A DNA stretch of 63,015 nucleotides, filler included, from Asterionella formosa (taxonomy: Eukaryota), in assembly GCA_002256025.1 (NCBI GenBank). It is 12 parts of 12 records of this genome, joined end to end, with 100 filler letters (N's around TTAATTAATTAA, not from the genome) between each part and the next. Parts side by side here need not be neighbours in the genome. Positions count along the whole stretch, not along the records: positions 47,369 to 52,518 come from NKIB01013195.1; positions 52,619 to 57,767 come from NKIB01013196.1; positions 57,868 to 63,015 come from NKIB01013197.1; 9 more parts are not named here. The stretch is one strand, 5' to 3'. The position numbers and the translations under genes were made by a program. This document shows positions 48,017 to 59,065 of this stretch, piece after piece. The notes beneath the pieces were generated by a model. That model was not told the DNA's origin. It saw nothing but the letters and a program-made list of their open reading frames with translations, and did no database searches. Position 1 is the stretch's first letter; each line of letters starts with the position of its first letter.

Positions 48017-51000
48017 ATGACTATTGAGGACTGTAGGTGATGTGAATCAAGAACAGAAAAGGACGCGAGAAAATGTTTTGCGATCGTGACAAACCTCATC
48101 ATTGCGCCCTTCATTTTTTCGTTCCACAGCAGATGATGAGGCCGCTTATATTGAGCCCTCAAGTGTGGCGCTCCAGCATCGAAACGCACTCAATGAGATT
48201 TATAGAATTGTGGAATCAAATCCCAACTATTTCGAGGAATTGAAGACTGGAATGCTTCCTTTGCACATGGCATGTCGTTACAATCGTCCACTCTGTGAAC
48301 TTGAATTATTGGTTCAACAAAATTCAGATTCTGTCAAGGCAAAGGCTAATGATGGAAGGATTCCTTTGCACTATGCGTGTGAGAATAATGCATCACTTGA
48401 AGTGTTGGAATTCTTGGTCCAACAATATCCTGATTCTGTTAAAGAAAAGGATAATCTAGGAAGACTTCCTTTGCACTTTGCATGTGAGAATAATGCACCA
48501 CTTGAAGTGTTGGAATTCTTGGTCCAACAATATCCTGATTCTGTTAATGAAAAGGAGACGGATCTAAAACTTCCTTTGCACTATTCATGTAAGCAAAATG
48601 CACCACTTGAAGTGTTGAGATTCTTAGTCCGACAGTATCCTGATTCTGTCAAAGAAAAGGGGAAATATCTAAAACTTCCTTTGCACTATGCGTGTGAGAA
48701 TAATGCACCACTTGAAATATTGGAATTCCTGGTCCAACAATATCCTGATTCTGTCAAGGAAAAGGATAATCTAGGAAGACATCCTTTGCACTTAGCATGT
48801 GAGAATAATGCATCACTTGAAGTGTTGGAATTCTTGGTCCAACAATATCCTGATTCTGTTAAACAAATGGATATGATTGATAGAATTCCTCTGCACTGCT
48901 CATGTTATTGCAATGCACCACTTGAAGTGTTGAAATTCTTGGTCCAACAATATACTTATTCCGTTAAAGAAAAGGAGAAGGATCTAAAACTTCCTTTGCA
49001 CTTAGCATGTGAGAATAACGCACCACTTCAAGTATTGAAATTCTTAGTCCAAGTGTATCCTGACTCTGTCAAGGAAAAGGATAATTATCTAAAACTTCCT
49101 TTGCACTATGCATTTGCAGAACATGCAACACTTGAAGTGTTGGAATTCTTGGTTCAACAATATCCTGATTCTGTCAAGGAAAAGGATATGTGTGGAAGAC
49201 TTCCTTTGCACCATGCATGTGCAAGAAATGCACCACTTGAAGTGTTGGAATTTTTAGTCCAACAACATCCAGATTCTGTCCGAGACAGGGATAATGATCT
49301 GAATCTTCCTTTGCATGATGCATGTGCAAAACAAAGACATGCACCACTAAATGTGTTAGAATTCTTGGTCCAACAGTATCCTGATTCTGTCAAGGAAATC
49401 CAGAGGGATCAAATGATTCCTTTACACTTTTCATGCATGAATCATGCACCACTTGAAGTGTTGCAATTCTTAGTTCAACATTATCTTCATTCTGTCAAGA
49501 AAAGTGATGATGGTGGGAGGCTTCCTTTGCACATTGCATGTGCAAATGATGCACCACTTGAAGTTTTGGAATTCTTGGTCCAACAGTATCCTTATTCTGT
49601 CAAGACAAGTGAAAATGGTGGGAGCCTTCCTTTGCACATTGCATGTGCAAATGATGCACCACTTGAAGTTTTGGAATTCTTGGTCCAACAGTATCCTGAT
49701 TCTGTCAAGGAAACTGCAAGTGATGGTAGTCTTCCTTTCCACTTTTCATGCAAAAATCATGCACCACTTGAAGTGTTACAATTCTTAGTCCAACAATATC
49801 CTGATTCTGTCAAGGAAAAAGATCTATTACAGTTTGCATGCAAACATAGCGCACCACTTGAAGTGTTGGAATTCTTATTCCTAAAATATCCTGATTCTAT
49901 CAAAGAAAAGGATGATTTGCTAAGCCTTCCTTTGCACTACGTATGCACAAATTATGATGATGATGCACTAGAAGTGGTTGAATTCTTGGTCCAACAGTAT
50001 CCTGATTCTGTTATGCAAAAAGATGAGGGTGGATTGCTTCCATTACATATTGCATGTGATAATAATGTGTCCCTTGAAGTGTTAGAATTCTTGGTACAAC
50101 AGTATCCTTATTCAGTCATGAAATTTGATAATCATGGAAGGCTTCCTTTGCACTATGTTTGTGGTCGCAATGCAACACTTGAAATGTTGGAATTCTTTGT
50201 TCAACAATATCCTTATTCTGTCAAGGAAAAGGATTTTTGTGGAAGACTTCCTTTGCACTATGCATGTGCAGGAAAGGCACCACTTGAAGTGTTGGAATTT
50301 TTGGTTGAACAATATCCAGATTCTGTCAAAGCAAAAGCTAATGATGGAAGGCTTCCTCTGCACTATGCATGTGACAGCCATGCAACACCTGAAATATTGG
50401 AATTTTTGGTTCAACAATATCCAGATTCTGTCAAGGCAAACGCTAATGATGAAAGGCTTCCTCTGCACTATGCATGTGACAGCCATGCAACACTTGAATT
50501 ATTAGAATTCCTGGTCCAACAGTATCCTGATTCTGTCAAGGAGAAGGATATTCGTGGGAGACTTCCTTTGCACTTTGCATGTGAGAATAATGCACCACTT
50601 GAAGTATTGCAATTCCTGGTCCAACAATTTCCTGATTCTGTCAAAGAAAGGGATAATTGGGGAAGAATTCCTTTGCACTTTGCATGTGAGAATAATGCAC
50701 CACTTGAAGTGTTAGAATTCTTGGTTCAACAATACCCTGAATCTGTCAAGGAAAAAGAGAAGGATCTAAATCTTCCTTTGCACTATTCATGTAAGCAAAA
50801 TGCACCCCTTCAAGTGTTTAAATTCTTAGTTGAACAGTATCCTGATTCTGTCAAGGAAAAGGATAATCATAGAAGGCTTCCTTTGCACTTAGCATGTGAG
50901 AATAATGCATTGCTTCAAGTGTTGAAATTCTTGGTCCAACTGTATCCTGATTCTGTCAAGGAAAAGGATAATCTTGGAAGACTTCCTTTACACTATGCAT

Positions 51001-51149
51001 GTGCAAAACATGCAACACTTGAAGTTTTGGAATTCTTGTTCTATATTTATCCAGATGCTGTGTTGCTTGTAGACATGTTTCATAGATCATCATTGACTTA
51101 TGCAACCAAAGAAAATTTTGGATTCATGCTTTTTAGCACAATGCAGTGA
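48017..51149 (+). CDS. Ankyrin-repeat protein with ~27 tandem 35-aa repeats. Probable exons 48017-48032 and 48130-51149
   Basis: Repeat consensus LPLHxACxxNAPLEVLEFLVQQYPDSVKEKDxxGR (105-bp unit). A short first exon MTIED plus intron GTAGGT...CACAG splices in frame into the long ORF. Confidence 0.9.
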
Positions 51150-51207
51150 TCGATAGAACTAAGGCAGTCTAATTTACAATATATGTTCTTTTTCTTTAAT
51201 TGGTTTT

Positions 51208-51298
51208 GCTTAGTTGGTTAGCATGCCTTCATAGGTGGCAGGTTTGATTGCTGCATTCTCAACCTGTCTCTTTCATGTAGTCCTTAGGGTTCTGGGTG
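51208..51298 (+). mobile_element. tRNA-derived SINE-like element, copy B (more decayed)
   Basis: gcttagttggttagc...aggtggcaggtttgattgctgcattctc...atgtagtccttagggttctgggtg aligns with 35612-35701. Confidence 0.55.
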
Positions 51299-52618
51299 TG
51301 TGGATAATGAATTAAAAAGATTTAGGTCTCCATTGTACTGTATGGAAGAATAAAACTGGTGCTGATTCCCATGTTCCAGCACTGAAGTTACAATGTTTGT
51401 GGGGATGATTGCAGGTTAGCAAGTACTGCTGCAGGGTAGTGTTAAATCCGAAGAAAGTATGTTGTTACCTTCTGTGGGATCAATAATGGATTTTACAAAC
51501 AATAATCCACCAATAGGCCTATCCATCAGCCTTACAAGCTGACTTGAATGGGGGAAGATACATAGATGCTATATAAATACACTGGCATTCCCATTCATCA
51601 TTCCAATAGCCTCTAATTGACTAGCAATTGTTGTTCGAATATTGGCCTCATCTATGAGATTCTCAAGGAGTTTTAGTTATTCATCTGATGCAACCATCGT
51701 TGATGATGGTGATAGGCTTTGCATGATGCATGATTTATGATTTGCATCCAAGTACCGAGTAACAAATGGCAAATCATAAAGTTATTGATCAGTTTACTAC
51801 CGGTATATACATACAGAAAGGAAAAGATGGAAAACAATCTCCTCTAAGTATTTACGCCTACTACACGTTTCCGTACCGACATACTAGAGGAAAAATTGTA
51901 TTTGTAAATGTCAAGTGCTCCATGTGCAAAAGGGTTGACTATCAATTTCAGATCCGAAGATTTGGAGGGAGTATGTAGGAGCGAGCAAACCAGATAACAT
52001 TACCAAATAGAAATTCGGTACATAGGGTAGAATGCTCAAACTAACATACAATTCAATCTAGCGACCTCTTAGGAAATCGATGACGTCAAAAATATACCGA
52101 AGATGAAGATGACACACTTTGTTGTGCGATCTCTTAGGAAATCCATGACGTCAAAAACATGCCCAAGAGGAAGATGACACACTTTGATGTGGAGTATCAT
52201 TTTACAGTTTTTCCTCAAATTTTCAACATCAAGGGTTGATCATCAATTTCAGATCCTAAGATTTCGGAGAGGTTGGTCACTCAAGTTGGATATATATGGT
52301 ATTGTCAATCCATTGCAAAGTGAGAATGAATTTGATCCTGTCATGCGTTATCATCTTTGGTTGCGGCGCTGCAGCCAAATGGAACGTCCGAAGATGATGA
52401 CGCGGAAGACGAAAGTGATAATAAAGCACAATGATACTTGCGGCTTAGAAGAGAAGGGCGGAATCAATTGATGGTAAGAAGTCAAGAGCAAATGCCTTTC
52501 ATGTTCCTTGTCATGCTGNNNNNNNNNNNNNNNNNNNNNNNNNNNNNNNNNNNNNNNNNNNNTTAATTAATTAANNNNNNNNNNNNNNNNNNNNNNNNNN
52601 NNNNNNNNNNNNNNNNNN

Positions 52619-53941
52619 GAGCAGTATGTCAAGGCGGCCATCGCCAACGTAGAGTTCAAACTCGACGAGTCGGGTCAGCGGCTTCCAACGAGGTGCACTA
52701 CCCCATTGCAGGGGAATTATAGACCGGAACTGGATATTTCTGCCGAACTCAAGATTGAAGGCGTGAGATACTACCAGGAATTGATCGGCGTGCTCCGCTG
52801 GGCAGTGGAGCTTGGACGAATAGACATTGCTATGGAAGTTTCTATGTTATCTACTCACCTAGCGTTGCCGAGGAGCGGACACTTACAACAGGTATATCAC
52901 ATGTTCGGATATTTGAAAGCGAAACCCAAGAGGACGTTGATCTTTGATCCGACACACCCCGATATAAACGAATCCAGGTTTGTTAAATGCGATTGGCACG
53001 ACTTTTACAGGGGAGCGCAGGAGTCTATTCCAGGGGACGCACCCGAGCCCAGAGGTAATGTTGTAACTACTCACTGTTTTGTGGATGCGGATCATGCGGG
53101 GAATCGGGTGACAAGGCGCTCGCAGACCGGGATACTGATTTTTATGAATCGGGCTCCAATTATATGGTACAGTAAGCGACAGAACACTGTCGAGACATCG
53201 ACGTTTGGTAGCGAATTTGTGGCTTTGAAGATCTCGGTCGAACTGATCGAGGCATTGAGGTATAAGCTGAGAATGTTTGGAATCCCAATCGATGGACCAA
53301 CTAGCGTTTTCTGCGACAACGAGGCGGTGACGAAGAACACAATTCATCCAGAATCGACTTTGAAAAAGAAACATAATGCGATAGCGTGTCACAGAGCGAG
53401 AGAAGCTGTGGCGGCAGGGATGATTCGGGTAACAAAGGAAGATGGAAAGACTAATTTGGCTGATGTGCTGACGAAGCCATTACCCCAAATTACACGAGAG
53501 TATTTGTGCAACAAGTTCATGTATTGATGGCTGTTGGATCACAGTGGGTCGAAGATTGAAGCCAAGGTTCATCGCGATGTCATAACCTATGACACCGGTT
53601 ACCTCCTGGGCACGCAATGACGTGTGGCACCGAATCCAGGTCGATGTTTAGTGATATATTTGTTTGGTTTCACCTCCCATGTATTCGAGGGGACTGAACG
53701 AATATTGCAGTGCAGTGTGGGCGCGTGGGTGATTGTACCGTGTCATACGGTACAGGGTACCAACTAGCCGTTAGAGTGCTTTAGCGATAGTACAGCGTGC
53801 AACAAGCTTGGAGCAGTGAATGCGCTGGAACGGCGTAGGTACATATATCTTTAAGACTATGTTTTTCAACCTTTATCTTTCTTTCCTTGAGCGCCATGTA
53901 AGTTGTTCTGCCGACCACACTAGCGTATTTATTCGATTTCA
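52619..53941 (+). mobile_element. Ty1/copia (CoDi-type) retrotransposon 3' end: RT C-terminus and RNase H (open 52619-53527), PPT and 3' LTR
   Basis: YQELIGVLRW...GRIDI, FVDADHAG, SQTG, STFGSEF, FCDN and NLADVLTKPL. PPT GAGGGGA at 53687-53693. Confidence 0.95.
53695..53941 (+). repeat. 3' LTR (247 bp)
   Basis: Begins TGAACGAATA immediately after the PPT and ends TATTCGATTTCA (imperfect terminal inverted repeat, TG...CA). Confidence 0.75.
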
Positions 53942-54694
53942 CCGGAATTAAAAAACAGGGCATATATGATGCACTGCTCCTTGTGTAGACTAGCTATGCA
54001 TATTTGATCATTTCCATATTTCATACTATACAGGTGCATGGATGTATGTTGCGATAATTCTACAGGATCTATAGGATTGGTAGTCTGGTGGTCATCATTT
54101 TCGCATCGTATATACCAGTAGTAGGAGTCACCATGTATGCATGCATGCTGCGATAATTTGTCTTACAAGACAGAAAAATTTGGTAGCTTGGGAGTTATCA
54201 CTTCGAGACTGTATACAGTGGAGGAAGGAGTTGCATGCATGAGCAACGACTACTCCGGTATAAACTATGATCTTTAATCGATGATTCTTGATTCGTTTAT
54301 CCTATACCTTTGATCATAACATATTGATCATATGATGAATGGTGTCGTTGATGAGAAAATGAACGATCAACATTTATTTTCAAGAATCAGGATTAATTGA
54401 TCTTAGAAATATGATCAAATGATCCTAAACACATGAGCATATTCAGTTTTCCGCTGCACTATTGTGGTATTTCCATTATGGAAGTAATTACCAGCAATTA
54501 TGCAGTACTACCGGTAGGCCATATGAATTTTGGTCAATATGTCTATATACATAAATGTATGATTTCGACCATTTGAAAAATTGGTGATGACTCCCGTTTA
54601 TTAAGGATGTTAATTAAATCAGCCACTGACTTGTTGGTACAAGAATTGACACACACAAAATTGAAAAAACTCAACAGGTTGTGGAAAACTTTGA

Positions 54695-56000
54695 ACTCAT
54701 CATGCATTGTATATATTTGAATTATGTATAATCAAAATTGATATTAGTATACACAGGATGTGCCTTATAATGAGCGTGTTTAAAACTATGCAAATGTTCA
54801 ACTAAATATACATTCAAACTTCTTACAAATCTTTATATATATGTATTTATGGCTGAAACATTTGATATCATGATTTCATGTGGTTTCTTGTCATGCATAC
54901 ACTTTGCTCCTGAAATGAAGGATTAACACAGATGATAACGCGGAAAACGAAAGTGATAATACAGCACAATGATACTTGCGGCTTCAAAGAGAAGGGCGGA
55001 ATCAATTGATGGTAAGTCAAGAGCAAATGCCTTTCATGTTCCTTGTCATGCTGCATCCACTTCCTGAAATGAAGGATCTCAAGCAACACATGATGCGAAA
55101 AAATGATGTGACAATACAGCACGATAAGAATGAGTGAATATGATGGAGAAGGGCGGAGTCAACAAGCTGTGCATAGCATCACGGTTTGTCAAGAGCAAAT
55201 GCCAAGATGATCAATTGCTGGGATTACAAATACGGAATGACTCGTCCCTTTCAGTGATTCAATAGCTCCTTTTCGATTTGGTGGCTGGCCAACCATCAAT
55301 GGCTGTGGACAAAAGAAATCGGTAAGTGCTGCCTAATATACAACTGTTAGAAAAACTGACACATATGTGTTGCTTCTTTCAGGATAATGGTAGACAAACA
55401 CTATTTGTAAGTTACAAACAGCAGTGTTGGAGCCCATTTATTGATCGATACTTTGCTTCTCATTCAATCTTCGACTGACACATTCTTCTACAGAAATATG
55501 CATCAGTTACCTCCTCAATTTGTGGTAAGTGAAGGCAGATAGAAGCGAAATGCATGTTGTTGTGTAAGCAAGACATGAACAGCTAACAAGGAATTGCTTC
55601 TCTTTGTTAGTATGGCTGATTGGAACAACAAAACGGATTCAGTAGTGCATGAAATCAAACTCAGATCCGTCAGGAGTAAATGGAACAAAGCAAGCAGGGG
55701 AACAACCAGTACAACAACCTTCAGAATTGGATTGGGGGAAATGTGGAAGTGAAAGTGAAAGCTGAAGCACCAATCATTGCGATGAGAGCATTGTAGAACA
55801 TTCTGTAGCCACTCAAGATATAGTAAAATAAAACCATTCTTAAATATAGTTCTAAATTTCGATCATTTTCATCCTATTTTAGACAGTGATATCGATGAGA
55901 ATTACGATCATGCTAAGATAGATGTATGACAAAAGTGTACACATCATATGACCATGTTTAACTAATTATATGATGCAATGGTATTATAACTATAATAGTC
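54695..56000 (+). repeat. Dispersed repeat shared with 52391-52518 (close copy) and ~59895-60760 (diverged copy)
   Basis: Shared blocks such as gaaagtgataata-agcacaatgatacttgcggctt...gagaagggcggaatcaattgatggtaag and caactgttagaa...actgacacat...aggat. Confidence 0.75.
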
Positions 56001-56163
56001 TCATCATACTTCAAGCTCGGTAAAAGTTTGCTGCATGATCATAATTAAATGATTTATTGATCATTTTTTGATCGAAAAACTATCATATATTTGATAATCC
56101 TGTGCCACTTAGCGTACTATACCCTTGATCATATTTTCATAACATTTTTTATTTACAGACGTT

Positions 56164-57550
56164 CTTTTGTGAAGAGTCGGGATGTGAATTGTGAAGAGTT
56201 ATTATGCCAAAGCAAACGGCATTTTCCTTGAGTTTGCCGAAATCGCATGGACAACTAAAATTGTGGATAGAGTTGTACACTCGTACCCCACAAGATATAT
56301 GCAATTACGCCTCTGTATTTTATGGAGTCAAAGGTATCAATAAATCATCTTCAGATTTTAAAGATCTTGCATATTGGGGGCGGACCTTGAAACAATTACC
56401 TCTATGATCTATTATATAATTCATGAACTTCATCCAAGTGATGTAAAGGTTATACTATATTTGATCTGGATGAGAACCCAGAAAAGGGTAATAACAAACT
56501 GTATATATACCAAGCTGATTGTCATCCACTTCATCACGAAAGTAACTATGTGCTAATTTTGTATTGCAAAAGATCAGATGAGGAGGAAAACAATCATTTT
56601 GTGCATTATCTTTTTGCTATAAATGATGGATTATGTCAAGTCTGTGACCCAGGAAAAGATGCAAGTGTGGATGAACATTATGATCAAGTATTTCACCTTG
56701 CCCGTAAGTACTGCATCATCCCCGGATGCAGAAAAGAATTGGAATTGTTATGCACCAAGCGATACAGGATATCTTCCACAAGAATTCCATATACCTGAAG
56801 AAATTGGGTTCTCGGAATCTTTCTATACTGGCACCAAAGCACCATTGCAGATCAGTATGGCCACTGAATATGCATGATTCCATGTTATTCAACCAGAAGA
56901 TGACAGTGGACGGTCATGTGGACCTTTTACAATTGTGAAAATGTTGGAAATTCTATTGCAATTAGAAAGGAATGACAAAACCAAATTTCTTGGCAAACGG
57001 GCACATTTCCGTTTGGAGACTGAGTCTTGGAAAGCTTTAAAACGTCAGGTGGCAGCAACAGATCAAACAGACGATTTCTTATCAATTACATCTGACCCAC
57101 CAAGCAAGTCAACATACTTTCATCTTGGAACAGTTTGGCCTCAAGTGACAACGACAAGCAAATTCTCGTGAGGATATGCATGTTTCAGTTGGAAATAACT
57201 GTTCTTCAATTTTGTATTGACAGAATTTTGACATCCTATTTAGATTTAAAAATGTTGAACATAGTATTTGGACGACTTCCTTGCAATTCATCTTTCAAGA
57301 AGGATGATGTTGTCAGCGTGAAATCCAGGATCATGCACCTCTTGGCCGAATTTCTGGATACATCAAAATTGACAAAAAGTTGATACAACAAAGTAATGAC
57401 AAACTTGCTCCCTTCAAATGGTATAATCATGCACCGCCCTCTTGGTGGATAAATTTCTGGATGCATCAAAATTGACAAAAGTTGAAAGAAAATTTTGTAT
57501 CTGATGATAGCCCTTCTGGAATCAAATTGAAGAAGTTTGCAGACTCATAT
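56164..57550 (+). pseudogene. Second degenerate copy of the Ulp1/C48-like protease repeat
   Basis: Colinear with ~39866-41330: MPKQTAFSL, NNHFVHYLFAINDGLCQVCDPG and EDDSGRSCGP (Cys codon 56917-56919). Its frameshifts differ from the first copy. Confidence 0.7.
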
Positions 57551-58919
57551 GTTCACAGCAAAACTTCTTGGTCTTGAAAATAAAACTCACAACCTTTGTG
57601 ACAATTGATGGATCAGTTCAATTTTAGCTAAGCGAGAACAACGTTCTGATAAGGCTCCTGAAATTGAAGAGTCTTGATAACCTCGTATGGACGAGTTTTG
57701 AACCGAATTGTAATGGTATCATCGACAGGAGCCAATTTTCTTGGATCAATAACTGAAGTAGAAACGTNNNNNNNNNNNNNNNNNNNNNNNNNNNNNNNNN
57801 NNNNNNNNNNNTTAATTAATTAANNNNNNNNNNNNNNNNNNNNNNNNNNNNNNNNNNNNNNNNNNNNAATTTAAATCGGAAACAATAAAATGATATTAGC
57901 AGAGAAAATATGCGTATATTTTTGAGTCGACACCAAACCCACACATGCTGATGGTATCAGTCTCCATGAAGATTGTACTGAAAATGTATTGCAACTTTGT
58001 ATGCAGGTTGTGGTTGGAGTCTAATTGACCAAATACCTGATATTTGGTCGATAAGGGGCGGGGTCATCCTTGAACAAGTCCAAAGCATAATTGGTCTTGG
58101 TCGATGCAGTGGCTAATATATTTTTTCTTTTTCGACCAACACAAAACATCATGAGGTGTAATGACTCCCAACTGCAATTGGGTTGGTATTTGGTCGATGC
58201 GATGGAGATGCTCTAAGCACAGACTTGAATCTTTCATTCAATTCTGCCCAGTAGACTACCGGTAGTAAAATGGATGACAATGAGTTTGTGTATGTATGCT
58301 CATAAAACCCGGTCTGGTGTACCCCCAATCATATTCCGGTATGCATATACCAGTACGCCCCTCTGTACATCTCTGATTCTGATACTATGTACAAAAACAC
58401 GTCATCATCATCTAAAAGAGGAATCTATCTGAAAGGAACCTTACTAGCCTATCCCTCTCCCAGCCATCTTTATCGTTTTTCGATGTTTCTTATCTTGGAC
58501 CCTCATGATGTATCATACAATAGTTTCCAACACATTTTAACTATGCTCCACTAGGGCTCTACTGCCGTGGAGAACATTGAGAATGTATAACCCGTGTGTG
58601 GAGTGCCTGTGAGGAAAGAGCGCCTGTGATGGAGACTTTGGGGAGTTCACATGGGAACAAAAGGATGGCGGGTGAGGGTATGGCAGATGAGAAACTGAGT
58701 GATGGTACCTTGGCGATGGTGATCAGCTACTATGTTGGATATTTCAGGATAGCTGGAGCTAAGCAGTGCAGTAAATATGGTGTAGTAGTACTAGAGTGCA
58801 CTAAGAGAGAGAGGCCAAAGAGATGACGCTGTTTGTCTAATCCACAACAGGTTATTCAGAATGACAGTTTTCATCATTCTACAAAAGTTCTTCTTTTCCA
58901 AGTTTTTATGACAACTTCT

Positions 58920-59065
58920 CATGACTCTCTACTATTTCTTCCAGAAGGTGATAATGGATGGTCATGTGGACCGTTTACAGTCATGAAATTTTTTAAAAGT
59001 CTACGACAGCTGGAAAGAATGGCAAAACCAAAATTGTTGGCTATTATGCTCAAGTTTGACTAGAA
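58920..59065 (+). pseudogene. Third, short and diverged fragment of the Ulp1-like repeat
   Basis: HDSLLFLPEGDNGWSCGPFTVMKFFKSLRQLER. Confidence 0.6.

Noticed and set aside
48250..51050. CRISPR-like repeat/spacer array
   Set aside because: The constant and variable blocks form a 105-bp in-frame coding repeat in one open ORF. There are no cas genes and the context is eukaryotic.
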